Assembly (NCBI GenBank): GCA_963827165.1 | Contig: CAWGZR010000005.1 | Coordinates: 96,001 to 160,000, forward strand | Length of the DNA: 64,000 nucleotides | Reading direction: 5' to 3' | Source of the DNA: Candidatus Bathyarchaeota archaeon | GTDB lineage: Archaea; Thermoproteota; Bathyarchaeia; Bathyarchaeales; Bathycorpusculaceae | Part shown: piece by piece, positions 38,151 through 47,962 of the stretch | How positions within the stretch are numbered: position 1 is the stretch's first letter | Layout of the letters: each line of letters begins with the position of its first letter | Notes under the pieces: generated by a model | What the model was told of the DNA's origin: nothing | Seen by the model: only the letters and a program-made list of their open reading frames with translations | Database searches by the model: none | Program-made: the position numbers and the translations under genes

Positions 38151-39038
38151 TCAAGAATTATTTTGGCTGTAACTCTCTTCATCAAAGGTTGGTTGAGCCA
38201 TCAGTTTAGTCTTGTATTTTAGTTTGCCATCCTTCGCATGAGGCTTTCTCAATAATTCATCGGTGTATTTTTCGATCTCACGCGCTTCCTCAGCTAGTCT
38301 GGCAGCTGCCTGAGCTACTTCGTGGGCGGATGCCACCAATGGGATGTATTTTTCATGCTCCTTTTCTATGAAGCAGGCTAACGTATTGATGTCAGCGACT
38401 TTTTCAGCCATTCCGTAGGCAGCGATTGCTTTAGCTTTTGCGTAAGGATTGTTGAAGAAAATCTGATCCCGGATGGTTGCGATATCGATGACTATCTTGG
38501 GCAAAATAGGAGGCAAACCAGCTTCAACTGCGTAAATCACTTTGTCGATCTCCTGATACACGATCCGGTAGACACCTGTTATGGCGAGGACTTTGCTTAT
38601 GTTTGAATTAAAAATTGCCATTTCAATAGGATCTAGGAACTCTTTTCTTGCTCCAATGAGCGGGTCCCCAGTGATAATGATGTAGCCTAAGCCTTGTTTT
38701 TCGATGTCGCCTTTGATGCGTTTGCCGGGAGAATCAGTTATGACTATTCCAGGTATCTTTCTGCTTGCGACTGCATCTCGAGCTTTAGTGGGACCTGGCA
38801 ACGCTGTGTTAGGCGATATTATTACCATAACTTCAGGATAAAACTCGAAGATTTTAGGCAAGGCTTCTTCGACGTCGTCAGCGCCCATTTTTGAACCTGT
38901 TGTTACGGTTCGAACCTTGATGTCTCTTCGATCGGCTAATTCATCCAATAGAAGCTCGAGACAAGGTGATGTCCCGATATTTCCACATTTGAAAATTCCA
39001 ATTTTTCTTGGAGCCGGTTGTTGTTGCTGTTCCGCCAA
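38151..39038 (-). CDS. mtd: F420-dependent methylene-H4MPT dehydrogenase
   Basis: KIGIFKCGNIGTS, LLLDELADR, SPN, DPLIGARKEFLDPIEMAIFN. Confidence 0.93.
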   Translation of the reverse strand: MAEQQQQPAPRKIGIFKCGNIGTSPCLELLLDELADRRDIKVRTVTTGSKMGADDVEEALPKIFEFYPEVMVIISPNTALPGPTKARDAVASRKIPGIVITDSPGKRIKGDIEKQGLGYIIITGDPLIGARKEFLDPIEMAIFNSNISKVLAITGVYRIVYQEIDKVIYAVEAGLPPILPKIVIDIATIRDQIFFNNPYAKAKAIAAYGMAEKVADINTLACFIEKEHEKYIPLVASAHEVAQAAARLAEEAREIEKYTDELLRKPHAKDGKLKYKTKLMAQPTFDEESYSQNNS

Positions 39039-39243
39039 TTTGTACTTACCCCTTAGTAGATAGAATTTTATGCTGTTTTGAGCATTTAAAAGTTGTCATA
39101 TTATGCATTCTTGATAGTTTTTGAGTTTATTTTTGTTGTGAGGTGACTTATTTTTTTGGAAATCGGATCGAGACAAAGCTGAATTAAGGGTTGAACCGTA
39201 ATTTTTTAATAACTTAGTCTTCAAAGATGTAGTCAAGTAAAGT

Positions 39244-40305
39244 TTGAACGAGGGTTACGTGTTGTCGTTAAATGAGAATATTGAGAATCTTGCAAACGCA
39301 TGTGGCGTTACGGGTAGAGAAGGCGAGGTTCGTGAGTTGATGATTAGGCTCATGACCCCTTACGTTGACGAGATTGTTGTCGATAAACTTGAAAATGTCA
39401 TAGGTATTAAAAAAGGCAAAGAAAAATCGACTAAAATAATGCTAGCAGCCCATATGGATGAAATTGGGTTGATGGTGAAAACAATCACTAAAGACGGCTT
39501 TTTACAATTCGCAAAAATGGGAGGAATAGACGACCGCATCCTGCCTGCTCAAATGGTCACGGTTTTTTCGAGAAAAACCTCTTTCCCAGGCATAATTGGC
39601 TCTAAACCACCCCACATCCAAAAGGAGGAAGAACGAAAAAAAATCATTACGTCAGATGAACTCTTTATCGATGTAGGTGCAGAAAGCCGGGATGATGCTT
39701 TAGCCATGGGTATTGCGGTGGGTGACCCTATAGGTTTCAACATCAAATACACGAAGTTGGGTAGAGATGTGGCGGTGGGCAAAGCTTTCGATAATCGAGC
39801 AGGCTGCGCGGCTATGATTGAAACCCTCAAACTTATCGAAAAAACCGACTACACAATCTATGCCGTGGGAACGGTTCAGGAAGAGGTAGGCTTGCGAGGC
39901 GCAGGTGCGGCAGCTTTCCAGATTGATCCCGATGTGGCGATAGCTCTCGATGTCACAATAGCCGGCGATGTCCCGGGTGTAAGGGAATATGACACAAGCG
40001 TCAAGATGGGCAAAGGTCCCGCAGTAACAATTTCCGATTCCGGCTTGATTACTCATCCAAAGGTTCTACGTTGGCTTCTGGATTCGGCTGAGGAAGAGAA
40101 AATCCCCTTTCAGATAGAAACAGGACTCATGGGTTCAACGGACGCTGCGCGCATTTCCTTAACAAGGCAAGGAATCCCTAGCGGAAACATTTCGATAGCG
40201 ACAAGGTACATTCATAGCCCCGTGGGCATGCTTAGCATAAAGGACATTGAGAACTCAGCGAAACTCGCCGTTGCCGCTATTCAAAGAACATCCAGATACT
40301 TCTAG
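39244..40305 (+). CDS. M42 family aminopeptidase (TET/FrvX)
   Basis: AAHMDEIG, KAFDNRAG, QEEVGLRGA, RYIHSP. Confidence 0.93.
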   Translation: MNEGYVLSLNENIENLANACGVTGREGEVRELMIRLMTPYVDEIVVDKLENVIGIKKGKEKSTKIMLAAHMDEIGLMVKTITKDGFLQFAKMGGIDDRILPAQMVTVFSRKTSFPGIIGSKPPHIQKEEERKKIITSDELFIDVGAESRDDALAMGIAVGDPIGFNIKYTKLGRDVAVGKAFDNRAGCAAMIETLKLIEKTDYTIYAVGTVQEEVGLRGAGAAAFQIDPDVAIALDVTIAGDVPGVREYDTSVKMGKGPAVTISDSGLITHPKVLRWLLDSAEEEKIPFQIETGLMGSTDAARISLTRQGIPSGNISIATRYIHSPVGMLSIKDIENSAKLAVAAIQRTSRYF

Positions 40306-40318
40306 GAGGTAAAAAAAA

Positions 40319-40774
40319 ATATCATCACCAGAGAAACTTGTCGTTGAAATAGCCACTAAAACTTATCAAAGCGGCTACAACTGCGCCCAAACCGTTTTAC
40401 TAACCCTTTACAACCAGATTGAACCCAACTCTAAAAATGATTTAATCCCGAAAATTGCCGCAGGATTCGGGGGAGGCATAGGACGCTGCGGGTCCGTGTG
40501 CGGCGCATTAACGGGCAGCATAATGGCTGTGGGAATCAAATATGGATCCAATGAGGTTAGCCCTGAAAAGCAAGCTAAAGCTTACGCTTACGCAAACAAG
40601 CTGTACAAGCAATTTGAAAAGCAGCACGGAACGGTCTATTGTCGAGATTTGATTAAATACGACTTGTCAAAGCCGGAGGAAGCGGTTAAAGCGCGTCATG
40701 AAAAAGTGTCTGAGAAGGTCTGTGCTAATTTGATTAAGGCAGGAATTATAAGTTTTCTTGAACTTGAAAAGTGA
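40319..40774 (+). CDS. C-GCAxxG-C-C family redox protein; apparent ATA start
   Basis: Frame is open from 40319: SGYNCAQ, GFGGGIGRCGSVCGALTG, VYCRDL; GGAGGT lies 8 nt before ATA. Confidence 0.85.
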   Translation: MSSPEKLVVEIATKTYQSGYNCAQTVLLTLYNQIEPNSKNDLIPKIAAGFGGGIGRCGSVCGALTGSIMAVGIKYGSNEVSPEKQAKAYAYANKLYKQFEKQHGTVYCRDLIKYDLSKPEEAVKARHEKVSEKVCANLIKAGIISFLELEK

Positions 40775-40838
40775 CCTATCGCACATATAGAAAGTGTTTT
40801 TAGCAGTTCAGCCTCATTGATTAGGGTAGGGCTAAAAA

Positions 40839-41288
40839 ATGGAACCTGCTCAAAAATTTGCTGGAAAATTCGAGTTCTTAGAACACACCGCGGACGTCTA
40901 CATTCGCGCTTTCGGAAAAACGATGGAGGAAGCATATGCTAATTCTGCTTTAGCAATGTTTGAAGTTATGACGGACACAGACAAAATTGCTCAAACATCA
41001 CAAGAAAGTTTAGAGGTGGAAGCAGAAGACCAGTATGCACTACTTTACAATTGGCTAGAAGTCTTACTTGTAAAATTTGAAACTGAAGGAATGCTCTACT
41101 CAAAATTTGAAATATCTGATTGGAAAGAAACTGAGGAAACCTTCCGCTTCAAGGCAAAAATATGGGGGGAAAAATATGACGCCCAAAAGCACCCGCAAAA
41201 AGTAGGCGTTAAAGCTATAACCTACCATAGAATGATGATAATCAGAGAAAAAGAAAGCGCTGTTTTAGAGTTTATTTTGGATATTTAG
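40839..41288 (+). CDS. Archease
   Basis: FLEHTADV, VKAITYH. Confidence 0.95.
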   Translation: MEPAQKFAGKFEFLEHTADVYIRAFGKTMEEAYANSALAMFEVMTDTDKIAQTSQESLEVEAEDQYALLYNWLEVLLVKFETEGMLYSKFEISDWKETEETFRFKAKIWGEKYDAQKHPQKVGVKAITYHRMMIIREKESAVLEFILDI

Positions 41289-41956
41289 ATGAAATGTCGT
41301 TTTTTCAGTTCCTCAACCATTTTGTCAACAACTGGCTCTGGCGGCTGGTCAAGAGCGGTGGTTTTTGAGACTACTAAGGGCACTTTTTTCTGTTCAAAGT
41401 ACATTAAGAGTGGTTTTGCCTGTTCATGATAAACCTGCAGCCTTTTCTTAATGACCTCAGGGGTATCGTCCGAACGCTGGTATAGTGGACCTTCGCATTT
41501 GTCACAGACTCCCTCAGCCTTCGGCTTCAGAAAGCGGACATTGTAAACTGTCCCGCAATCTCGACATATCCTTCGGCTGGACAGTCGTTCTATGATAAGC
41601 CAGTCGGGCACGTCAAGCATCAATACGACATCAATTTTGGCTATGGCTTCAAGGGCTTTGGCCTGTTCAAGTGTGCGTGGGAAACCGTCCAAAATGAAGC
41701 CTTTCCCTAAAGGAATCTTTGCTAAACGTAGCTTTAGAACTTCTAACACAATTTCGTCAGGAACCAAAAGCCCCTTTTCAACGTAACCCTTGACTTTTCG
41801 CCCCAGTTCCGAGTCCTGCTTGATCAATTCACGAAAAATGTCGCCTGTCGCGATTGTTTCAACACCGAGCTTTTGTTGAAGCCTGCTTACGTAGGTGCCT
41901 TTTCCTGCGCCTGGCGCTCCAAACATGACAGCTTTCAAATTTCTTTTTGCCCCCAC
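41285..41956 (-). CDS. adk: Adenylate kinase (Zn-lid type)
   Basis: GAPGAGKGT, TGDIFR, LDGFPRT, CxxC lid. Confidence 0.95.
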   Translation of the reverse strand: MGAKRNLKAVMFGAPGAGKGTYVSRLQQKLGVETIATGDIFRELIKQDSELGRKVKGYVEKGLLVPDEIVLEVLKLRLAKIPLGKGFILDGFPRTLEQAKALEAIAKIDVVLMLDVPDWLIIERLSSRRICRDCGTVYNVRFLKPKAEGVCDKCEGPLYQRSDDTPEVIKKRLQVYHEQAKPLLMYFEQKKVPLVVSKTTALDQPPEPVVDKMVEELKKRHFI

Positions 41957-42067
41957 TTACCCACTTGCATAGAGGGTGAGCAATAATTAAGTTTTATGTG
42001 CTATTTTTGGCTTTCACGGAAACGTTTATGCCAACACGGCGCCTATCAAAGGTGGCAAGGTGAAGAT

Positions 42068-43027
42068 TTGCATACAACAGCGATCGGCAGAAGCTTGTAC
42101 CAAATTGATTTGGAAACAGGCGGGTTCAAAAATCTTATCTGTAGCTACGTTTTGGTCGGCGCGAAAGTCAGCCTAGTCGAGTCGGGACCCACCTCTTCAG
42201 TGTCTATGCTTCTTGAAGGATTGAAAGAACTTGACGTAAAATTTGAGGACGTTGATTATGTGGCGATAACCCATGTTCATTTGGATCATGGCGGAGGCGC
42301 TGGAACACTGCTAAAGTTTCTGCCTAACGCAAAAGTAATCGTGCACCCAAGAGGAATGCCGCATCTGGTTGATCCTCAACGGCTATGGGAATCCGCACAG
42401 TCAGTTCTGGGGTACGTAAGCGAAATCTTCGGTAAACCAGAGCCCGTCCCGAAAGAACGTATAATACCAGTTTTTGAAGGCTCTTTTGATTTAGATGCCG
42501 GCGCAAAACTGCAGGTTTATGAAACCTTAGGTCACGCTTCCCACAACCTCAGCTTCTATGAAACATTGAACGACGGTGTGTTTCCAGGAGATGCAGCTGG
42601 CACTTACTTTCCCGAGTTTGACTCTGTTATCCCTACGACGCCCCCGCCTTTCCGCTTAGACATCGCGTTGGCTTCTCTGGATAAGTTAATCAGCCTAAAA
42701 CCATCATTTTTGTATTACAGTCATTTCGGCAAAGCCTCGGACGCGGTTGAGCGGCTGATAGATTACAAAGCTCAACTTCAGCTCTGGGGAAGAATTGCAA
42801 AGGAAGGAGTGCAGGAACAACAAGGCTTTGATCAAATATGTAAGAGAATTCTTTGGGAAGACAAAGTAATGCATCGACTAGCCGATTACCTGGGCAGACA
42901 TCCGATCTACTCGGTGACAGCTCTGAGGAATACTATCCAAGGATTTGTCGACTACGCAAAACAAACCACAACCAAAGAATGCCAGAATCAAGGTAAACTG
43001 TCACCCGGAAAACCTCAGCAAACATAA
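42068..43027 (+). CDS. MBL-fold metallohydrolase
   Basis: THVHLDHGGG, GHASH, GDAAG, YSHFG; start reassigned to TTG after GGTGA. Confidence 0.9.
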   Translation: MHTTAIGRSLYQIDLETGGFKNLICSYVLVGAKVSLVESGPTSSVSMLLEGLKELDVKFEDVDYVAITHVHLDHGGGAGTLLKFLPNAKVIVHPRGMPHLVDPQRLWESAQSVLGYVSEIFGKPEPVPKERIIPVFEGSFDLDAGAKLQVYETLGHASHNLSFYETLNDGVFPGDAAGTYFPEFDSVIPTTPPPFRLDIALASLDKLISLKPSFLYYSHFGKASDAVERLIDYKAQLQLWGRIAKEGVQEQQGFDQICKRILWEDKVMHRLADYLGRHPIYSVTALRNTIQGFVDYAKQTTTKECQNQGKLSPGKPQQT

Positions 43028-43325
43028 ATTTCATAAACGAAAACTCCTGCCTTTACACCTGGGTCTTCATCCATCAACTTTTGGTCTCCTCGGCTGAGGA
43101 GTCAAAAATTCCAAAACCCGAAATGTCCACATCATTTGAAACCGGACAAGAATCGGCAACACTCCATCCCTTCGAAGAGCAAAATTTCTCCGCCCATGTT
43201 CCCAAACGATTCTTTTGGCGTCTTCACCGTTCCGATTCGGCCCGTCTTTGAGGATTACATATAGTAGCATTTAGTTTTGCAAGCATCTGTCTCGTGTAAT
43301 CATCGGTTATTTCAGCCATCGTCAT
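42988..43325 (-). pseudogene. YCII-like small protein pseudogene
   Basis: Frame-joined translation MAEITDDYTRQMLAK / VILKDGP...IVWEHGRRNFALR / CPVSNDVDISGFGIFD / MDEDPGVKAGVFVYEIYVC*GFPGDSLP, with several frameshifts and one TGA. Confidence 0.7.
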
Positions 43326-43455
43326 TCACCAATTACATCAATTAACATATCATACGTAGCTTAAGATTCTCGTAAAAACTCGGGTTGAATCTCTTTATTG
43401 ACAGGCTCAAGTCACAACTGTTTTATTTGAGCAGCCCCCTTTTTGAGTCTGGTGA

Positions 43456-44940
43456 ATGATTTTGGGTGAAAACGACAGCAGAAGGGCACCGGAACAAGTT
43501 CCTCTGGAGAAAATAAATGATTATTCATGGCGCATTCCAAAATACAAGCCTGGAATGCGTGTTCCCGGCATAGTTTTTGCTAACGAAGCTCTATTAGAGA
43601 AAATGAAAACTGACAGAACCCTTTGGCAATGCTCAAACGTTACTCACCTGCCTGGAATCTACAAGCATGCAGTAACGTTGCCTGATGGACATGAAGGCTA
43701 CGGCTTCCCAATCGGGGGAGTCGCGGCGACAGACTACCAAGATGGTGTCATAAGCCCTGGTGGAGTCGGTTACGACATAAACTGCGGCGTGCGCCTCTTG
43801 GCAACAACACTGACCGAAAAGGATATTCGACCCAAACTGGCGCCTTTAGCAGAAAGTATTTTCCGCAATGTTCCATCTGGGCTTGGGAGCCGCCGAAAAG
43901 ACCTTTCAATATCCACAAACGAACTAGACCACCTCGCGGTTGAAGGAGTTGAGTGGCTTATTAAACGGGGCTTTGGGTGGCCTGAAGACGCTGACCACTG
44001 TGAAGAGAGCGGGCGAATGCCAAACGCAAATCCCGAAAAAGTGTCCCAAACAGCCAAAAGCCGAGGGTTAACGCAAATCGGCACCCTGGGTTCAGGCAAC
44101 CATTTCCTAGAAATTCAAAAAGTAGATAAAATCATCAATGCGAAAAAGGCGAAGGCTTTTGGGATCACCGAGGAAGGGCAGGTTACGGTTATGATTCACT
44201 GCGGGTCAAGAGGCTACGGACATCAGGTCTGCTCGGATTATCTGCGAGTAATGGAGCATGCAATCACAAAATACAAGATCACTTTGCCAGATCGCGAATT
44301 AGCCTGCGCCCCCGGAAACAGCAGCGAAGCCCAAGACTACGTTCAAGCCATGGCATGCGCGGTCAACTACGCCTTCTGCAACCGCCATGCAATCATGCAT
44401 TGGGTCCGCCAAAGCTTCCAGGAAGTCTTCCATGAAAACTCAGAAAAATTCGGCTTAAAGCTAGTCTACGACGTTTGCCACAACGTTGCCAAAGCAGAAA
44501 CACACGACATTGACGGCGTCCAAAAGAAAGTTTGGGTTCACCGCAAAGGAGCCACACGCGCCTTCCCAGCAGGGCACCCAGACGTCCCAGACGACTACCG
44601 CAGCGAAGGACAACCCGTTCTTATCCCCGGCAGCATGGGCACTAGCAGCTGGGTTTTGGTGGGCTCGCAGAAAGCAATGGATTTGACTTTCGGTTCAACC
44701 GCGCATGGCGCGGGGAGGATGATGAGCCGATCATCGGCGAAGCGGCAGTTTTGGGGCGGAGACATAAAATCGGGTTTGGAGAAGCGTGGAATCGTGGTTC
44801 GCGCGGCGAGCACCTCGGTTTTAGCCGAAGAAGCAGACCCAGCCTACAAAAACGTGGACATCGTAGCCGACGTCAGCGACAAAGTGGGAATAGCAACGAA
44901 GGTTGCGAGGCTTGTCCCGATCGCAGTGGTTAAAGGGTAA
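43456..44940 (+). CDS. rtcB: tRNA-splicing ligase RtcB
   Basis: LPDGHEGYGFPIGG, GYDINCG, GSGNHF, HRKGAT, STAHGAGR. Confidence 0.97.
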   Translation: MILGENDSRRAPEQVPLEKINDYSWRIPKYKPGMRVPGIVFANEALLEKMKTDRTLWQCSNVTHLPGIYKHAVTLPDGHEGYGFPIGGVAATDYQDGVISPGGVGYDINCGVRLLATTLTEKDIRPKLAPLAESIFRNVPSGLGSRRKDLSISTNELDHLAVEGVEWLIKRGFGWPEDADHCEESGRMPNANPEKVSQTAKSRGLTQIGTLGSGNHFLEIQKVDKIINAKKAKAFGITEEGQVTVMIHCGSRGYGHQVCSDYLRVMEHAITKYKITLPDRELACAPGNSSEAQDYVQAMACAVNYAFCNRHAIMHWVRQSFQEVFHENSEKFGLKLVYDVCHNVAKAETHDIDGVQKKVWVHRKGATRAFPAGHPDVPDDYRSEGQPVLIPGSMGTSSWVLVGSQKAMDLTFGSTAHGAGRMMSRSSAKRQFWGGDIKSGLEKRGIVVRAASTSVLAEEADPAYKNVDIVADVSDKVGIATKVARLVPIAVVKG

Positions 44941-45068
44941 CTTTAACCTGCCAAATTTTGCTTTTTCCATTTTTTAGATTTTTTCTTGGAAGAACTTTGG
45001 GGAATTATATAACTAGATGTTCTAATAATTCAGTATAAACTGATTTCGGCAGACAGGAAAACGGGCAT

Positions 45069-46646
45069 TTGACTGAAACCAAAGACATCAGGTTCCAATA
45101 TAGTGGATACGTTATCTATGCGGTTCAGATTTTCAGTGTAGTTACTGGTCTCATTTTCACTCTTCTGCTTACCAGAAACATGAGTACTAATTATCCTAAC
45201 CAATACGGCATTTGGACGAGCATTTTTGATTATGTTGCCTACTTCACGCTTTTCAGCGGTGTCTTCCCGTTCTGGGCGGAACGATTCGTGGCAAGGGGCA
45301 GAACAGGCGCCGTAAGAACAGGAATCATGGCTCAGTTAGTCATATCACTCATTTTCTTGGGAGCTTACTTCCCCCTAATCTACCTAATATACAAGGACGC
45401 CATCGCCGTGAAAATCGGAACCATGTCCTACCTGCCCATCTTCTTTCTTGCTGGACCCTACATCGTCACTTTCTACATGATAACCCTCTGCGAAGGGTTA
45501 CTGCAGCCCAAAAAACCCCAAGCGCTCGGCTACGGCTTACTTATCGAGGAAATAGTCAAAGTAAGTGTTGCCTTGGTTTTGATTTTGGGTTTCCACCAGC
45601 TGTTTCTCGGCGCAATGTTGGCATTGGTTCTATCCTGTTTCGTTCAAGTGGGTTACTACGTTTGGCTTTTACGCGACGCCTTTAAGGAGAAAACAAATTG
45701 GAGCTACCTCAGAGAATGGTTCAAAGGCTCCACAGTGATTGCCTTCAACGCCATCGGCAACCAGCTTTCATCCTTCGTGTACATTCTGCTTTTCTTCTAC
45801 GGCGGACCCAACACCAGAGCATACTATCAAGCTGCCGGAAGCTTCACTGCCATAATTGGCTACTCAATATCTTTGTCTATTGCGCTCTACCCAAGGCTGC
45901 TGTCGAAAAGCTGCTCCAAAGAGCAAGTTGGCACATCTTTCAGGACAGTTATGATGCTGGGCATCCCTATAGCAGCAATAGTGATGGTTATGTCCTACTC
46001 GTTCTTAACCGTTTTAAAAGTTAATTATGGGATTGCTTGGCCAGTTCTCGTAGCGCTCTCAATTTACACCCTATTCGGATTAGTCACCTCGTTTTACTCC
46101 AACTGTGTCATGGGTGTAGAGGTGTTCGACGCTGAAGGCAAAATCGCGCTGCGACGCCTAATCAAAAGCAAGATCTTTGTCGTATTCGCACTTCCCTATC
46201 TTAATGCAGCAATCGCAATCCCGCTCACATTTCTTGCTTTAACAATACTGCCAATAGCTGGTTCAGTGCAGGCTACATTGTATGTTGTGGCAATACTCAT
46301 CGCGGCTCAACTTTCAACCTTCACCGTATTATACATGTACATGCGTCATTCAATCGGCATACCTGTCGCATGGAAAAGCATTGGCAAATACGTTTTAGCC
46401 GCCGCCCTAGCCACAGTCATCCTGTATCTGCTTCCGACCACGACAACACTGTTTTCTACTATAGCTAAGGCAATAGCTGGATTTGCAATTTACGTAGTGT
46501 TTTTGTTAGCTATCGACAGTCAAGCAAGAGAACTCATAAGACAAGTGTTGAATGAAGTCAAAGGCACCGTTCGCAACCTGCGGCAGTTGACCAAAAGAGG
46601 TGCCGCGAAGAATTCTTCAGGCGAAAACACAGCGCAAACAAACTGA
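45069..46646 (+). CDS. MOP-superfamily (flippase-like) polytopic membrane protein
   Basis: About 14 hydrophobic segments with a Wzx-like layout. Confidence 0.7.
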   Translation: MTETKDIRFQYSGYVIYAVQIFSVVTGLIFTLLLTRNMSTNYPNQYGIWTSIFDYVAYFTLFSGVFPFWAERFVARGRTGAVRTGIMAQLVISLIFLGAYFPLIYLIYKDAIAVKIGTMSYLPIFFLAGPYIVTFYMITLCEGLLQPKKPQALGYGLLIEEIVKVSVALVLILGFHQLFLGAMLALVLSCFVQVGYYVWLLRDAFKEKTNWSYLREWFKGSTVIAFNAIGNQLSSFVYILLFFYGGPNTRAYYQAAGSFTAIIGYSISLSIALYPRLLSKSCSKEQVGTSFRTVMMLGIPIAAIVMVMSYSFLTVLKVNYGIAWPVLVALSIYTLFGLVTSFYSNCVMGVEVFDAEGKIALRRLIKSKIFVVFALPYLNAAIAIPLTFLALTILPIAGSVQATLYVVAILIAAQLSTFTVLYMYMRHSIGIPVAWKSIGKYVLAAALATVILYLLPTTTTLFSTIAKAIAGFAIYVVFLLAIDSQARELIRQVLNEVKGTVRNLRQLTKRGAAKNSSGENTAQTN

Positions 46647-46718
46647 AAATTAATATGCCAAAGAAAACAAATGTTCTTCAGGCGATTTTGCCTCGCTCAA
46701 GTGATGGTTTGATTTGTC

Positions 46719-47339
46719 GTGAAGGATGAATGTGGAATCTGCGGCAGAGTTCTAAGGACAACTTACATGCGTAAGTGTCAACGTTGCCAGAAAATGTATT
46801 GCCGCGATTGTATGGTACCCGATGTTGCAACAGGCGATCCCAACGCAATGTTATGCCTTCATTGCGCGAGACGTATAGTTGCGCCGCGTTCAGCCTCCAA
46901 GTACGAGGGGCTTGAACGCCACCTGAAGTTTAGAGCAGCCTTCACGAGTTTGGTAAAGCTTTCGTTTGCAAGAATAGATGGTTTAATCGGCTCAAACCTT
47001 CCGATGAGCGCTTACAAGGATTCTATGTGGTGGAGTAACACCTCGTCTAGCGCCCACGCTAAGGCTTGGTTAAATGCTGGGTGGGAAGTGCAAGAAGTAA
47101 ACCTCAAAGAAGGTTACGCCGTCTTTAAGAAAGTACTCAATGTCCCATTCAAGAAAACAAGGCAGAAAAAACTAGAGATAAACAAGCCATTCACCCCTGT
47201 CCCCGTTCATATTCCGAGATCTAAGGTGCCATCAAAAACCAAAGTCTCAAAACTGTATGCAAGAATCAAGAATCTAGAAAGGCAGCGGGCCGAAGGGCGC
47301 AGGCAAATCAGGGGTTTTAAGGCGCGACCCCGGCATTAG
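46719..47339 (+). CDS. Zn-finger protein fused to a conserved WWSN domain
   Basis: Four CxxC pairs, then LSFARIDGLIG.LP.SAY...WWSN...AWLNAGW. Confidence 0.75.
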   Translation: MKDECGICGRVLRTTYMRKCQRCQKMYCRDCMVPDVATGDPNAMLCLHCARRIVAPRSASKYEGLERHLKFRAAFTSLVKLSFARIDGLIGSNLPMSAYKDSMWWSNTSSSAHAKAWLNAGWEVQEVNLKEGYAVFKKVLNVPFKKTRQKKLEINKPFTPVPVHIPRSKVPSKTKVSKLYARIKNLERQRAEGRRQIRGFKARPRH

Positions 47340-47385
47340 ACAAGCTTTTTAGGTTAAAAAGAAACAACTAATTCACATCCCTGGA

Positions 47386-47955
47386 ATGGTGCGTTGGTTG
47401 CTTGAGCGAACATTCAAATTAGAACTCAAAGAGGCATACGAAGGCGTAAAAGCTTTGCTTATGCGGAAAGGGTGCAAAATAGTTTCTGAAGATTCGCCTA
47501 AACACCTCGCCGTCAAACAAGGGTCACTTTGGGGAATGCTGCCTACCACAGCCAAAAAAACTGTGGACTTGTCTTTTGTCGCCAATGAATCAGGGACAAA
47601 AGTCTCTTGCTCTTCACGCCTCAGCCCGGACTGGAAAAACATAACCATAGTCGGCTGCGTCTTAGCCGCGGTTCTGGTTGGGTTATGTTTGTGGATGGCT
47701 TCAGACTTAACCACCTTCGTGAATACGGGCAAAACTTCTTTTTGGAGCTTCTTAGCCTCGGTCAACGGGAACGTGAATATACCAGTTGCACAAAATTTTG
47801 TTAACTTAACCAAGTCACTCGCGGCCTTCCTATCGCTCATAATAGTTTTAGAAGCCGCAATAGCCCTTTACGCCTACAAAGCAATCGATAAGTTTATTGA
47901 GGAAACATTTGACACGCTAAATAAAGAAACAGCGCCTAAATCTAAAAAAATGTAA
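47386..47955 (+). CDS. Hypothetical membrane protein
   Basis: Soluble N-terminal domain plus two TM segments. Confidence 0.7.
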   Translation: MVRWLLERTFKLELKEAYEGVKALLMRKGCKIVSEDSPKHLAVKQGSLWGMLPTTAKKTVDLSFVANESGTKVSCSSRLSPDWKNITIVGCVLAAVLVGLCLWMASDLTTFVNTGKTSFWSFLASVNGNVNIPVAQNFVNLTKSLAAFLSLIIVLEAAIALYAYKAIDKFIEETFDTLNKETAPKSKKM

Positions 47956-47962
47956 AAGCCCC

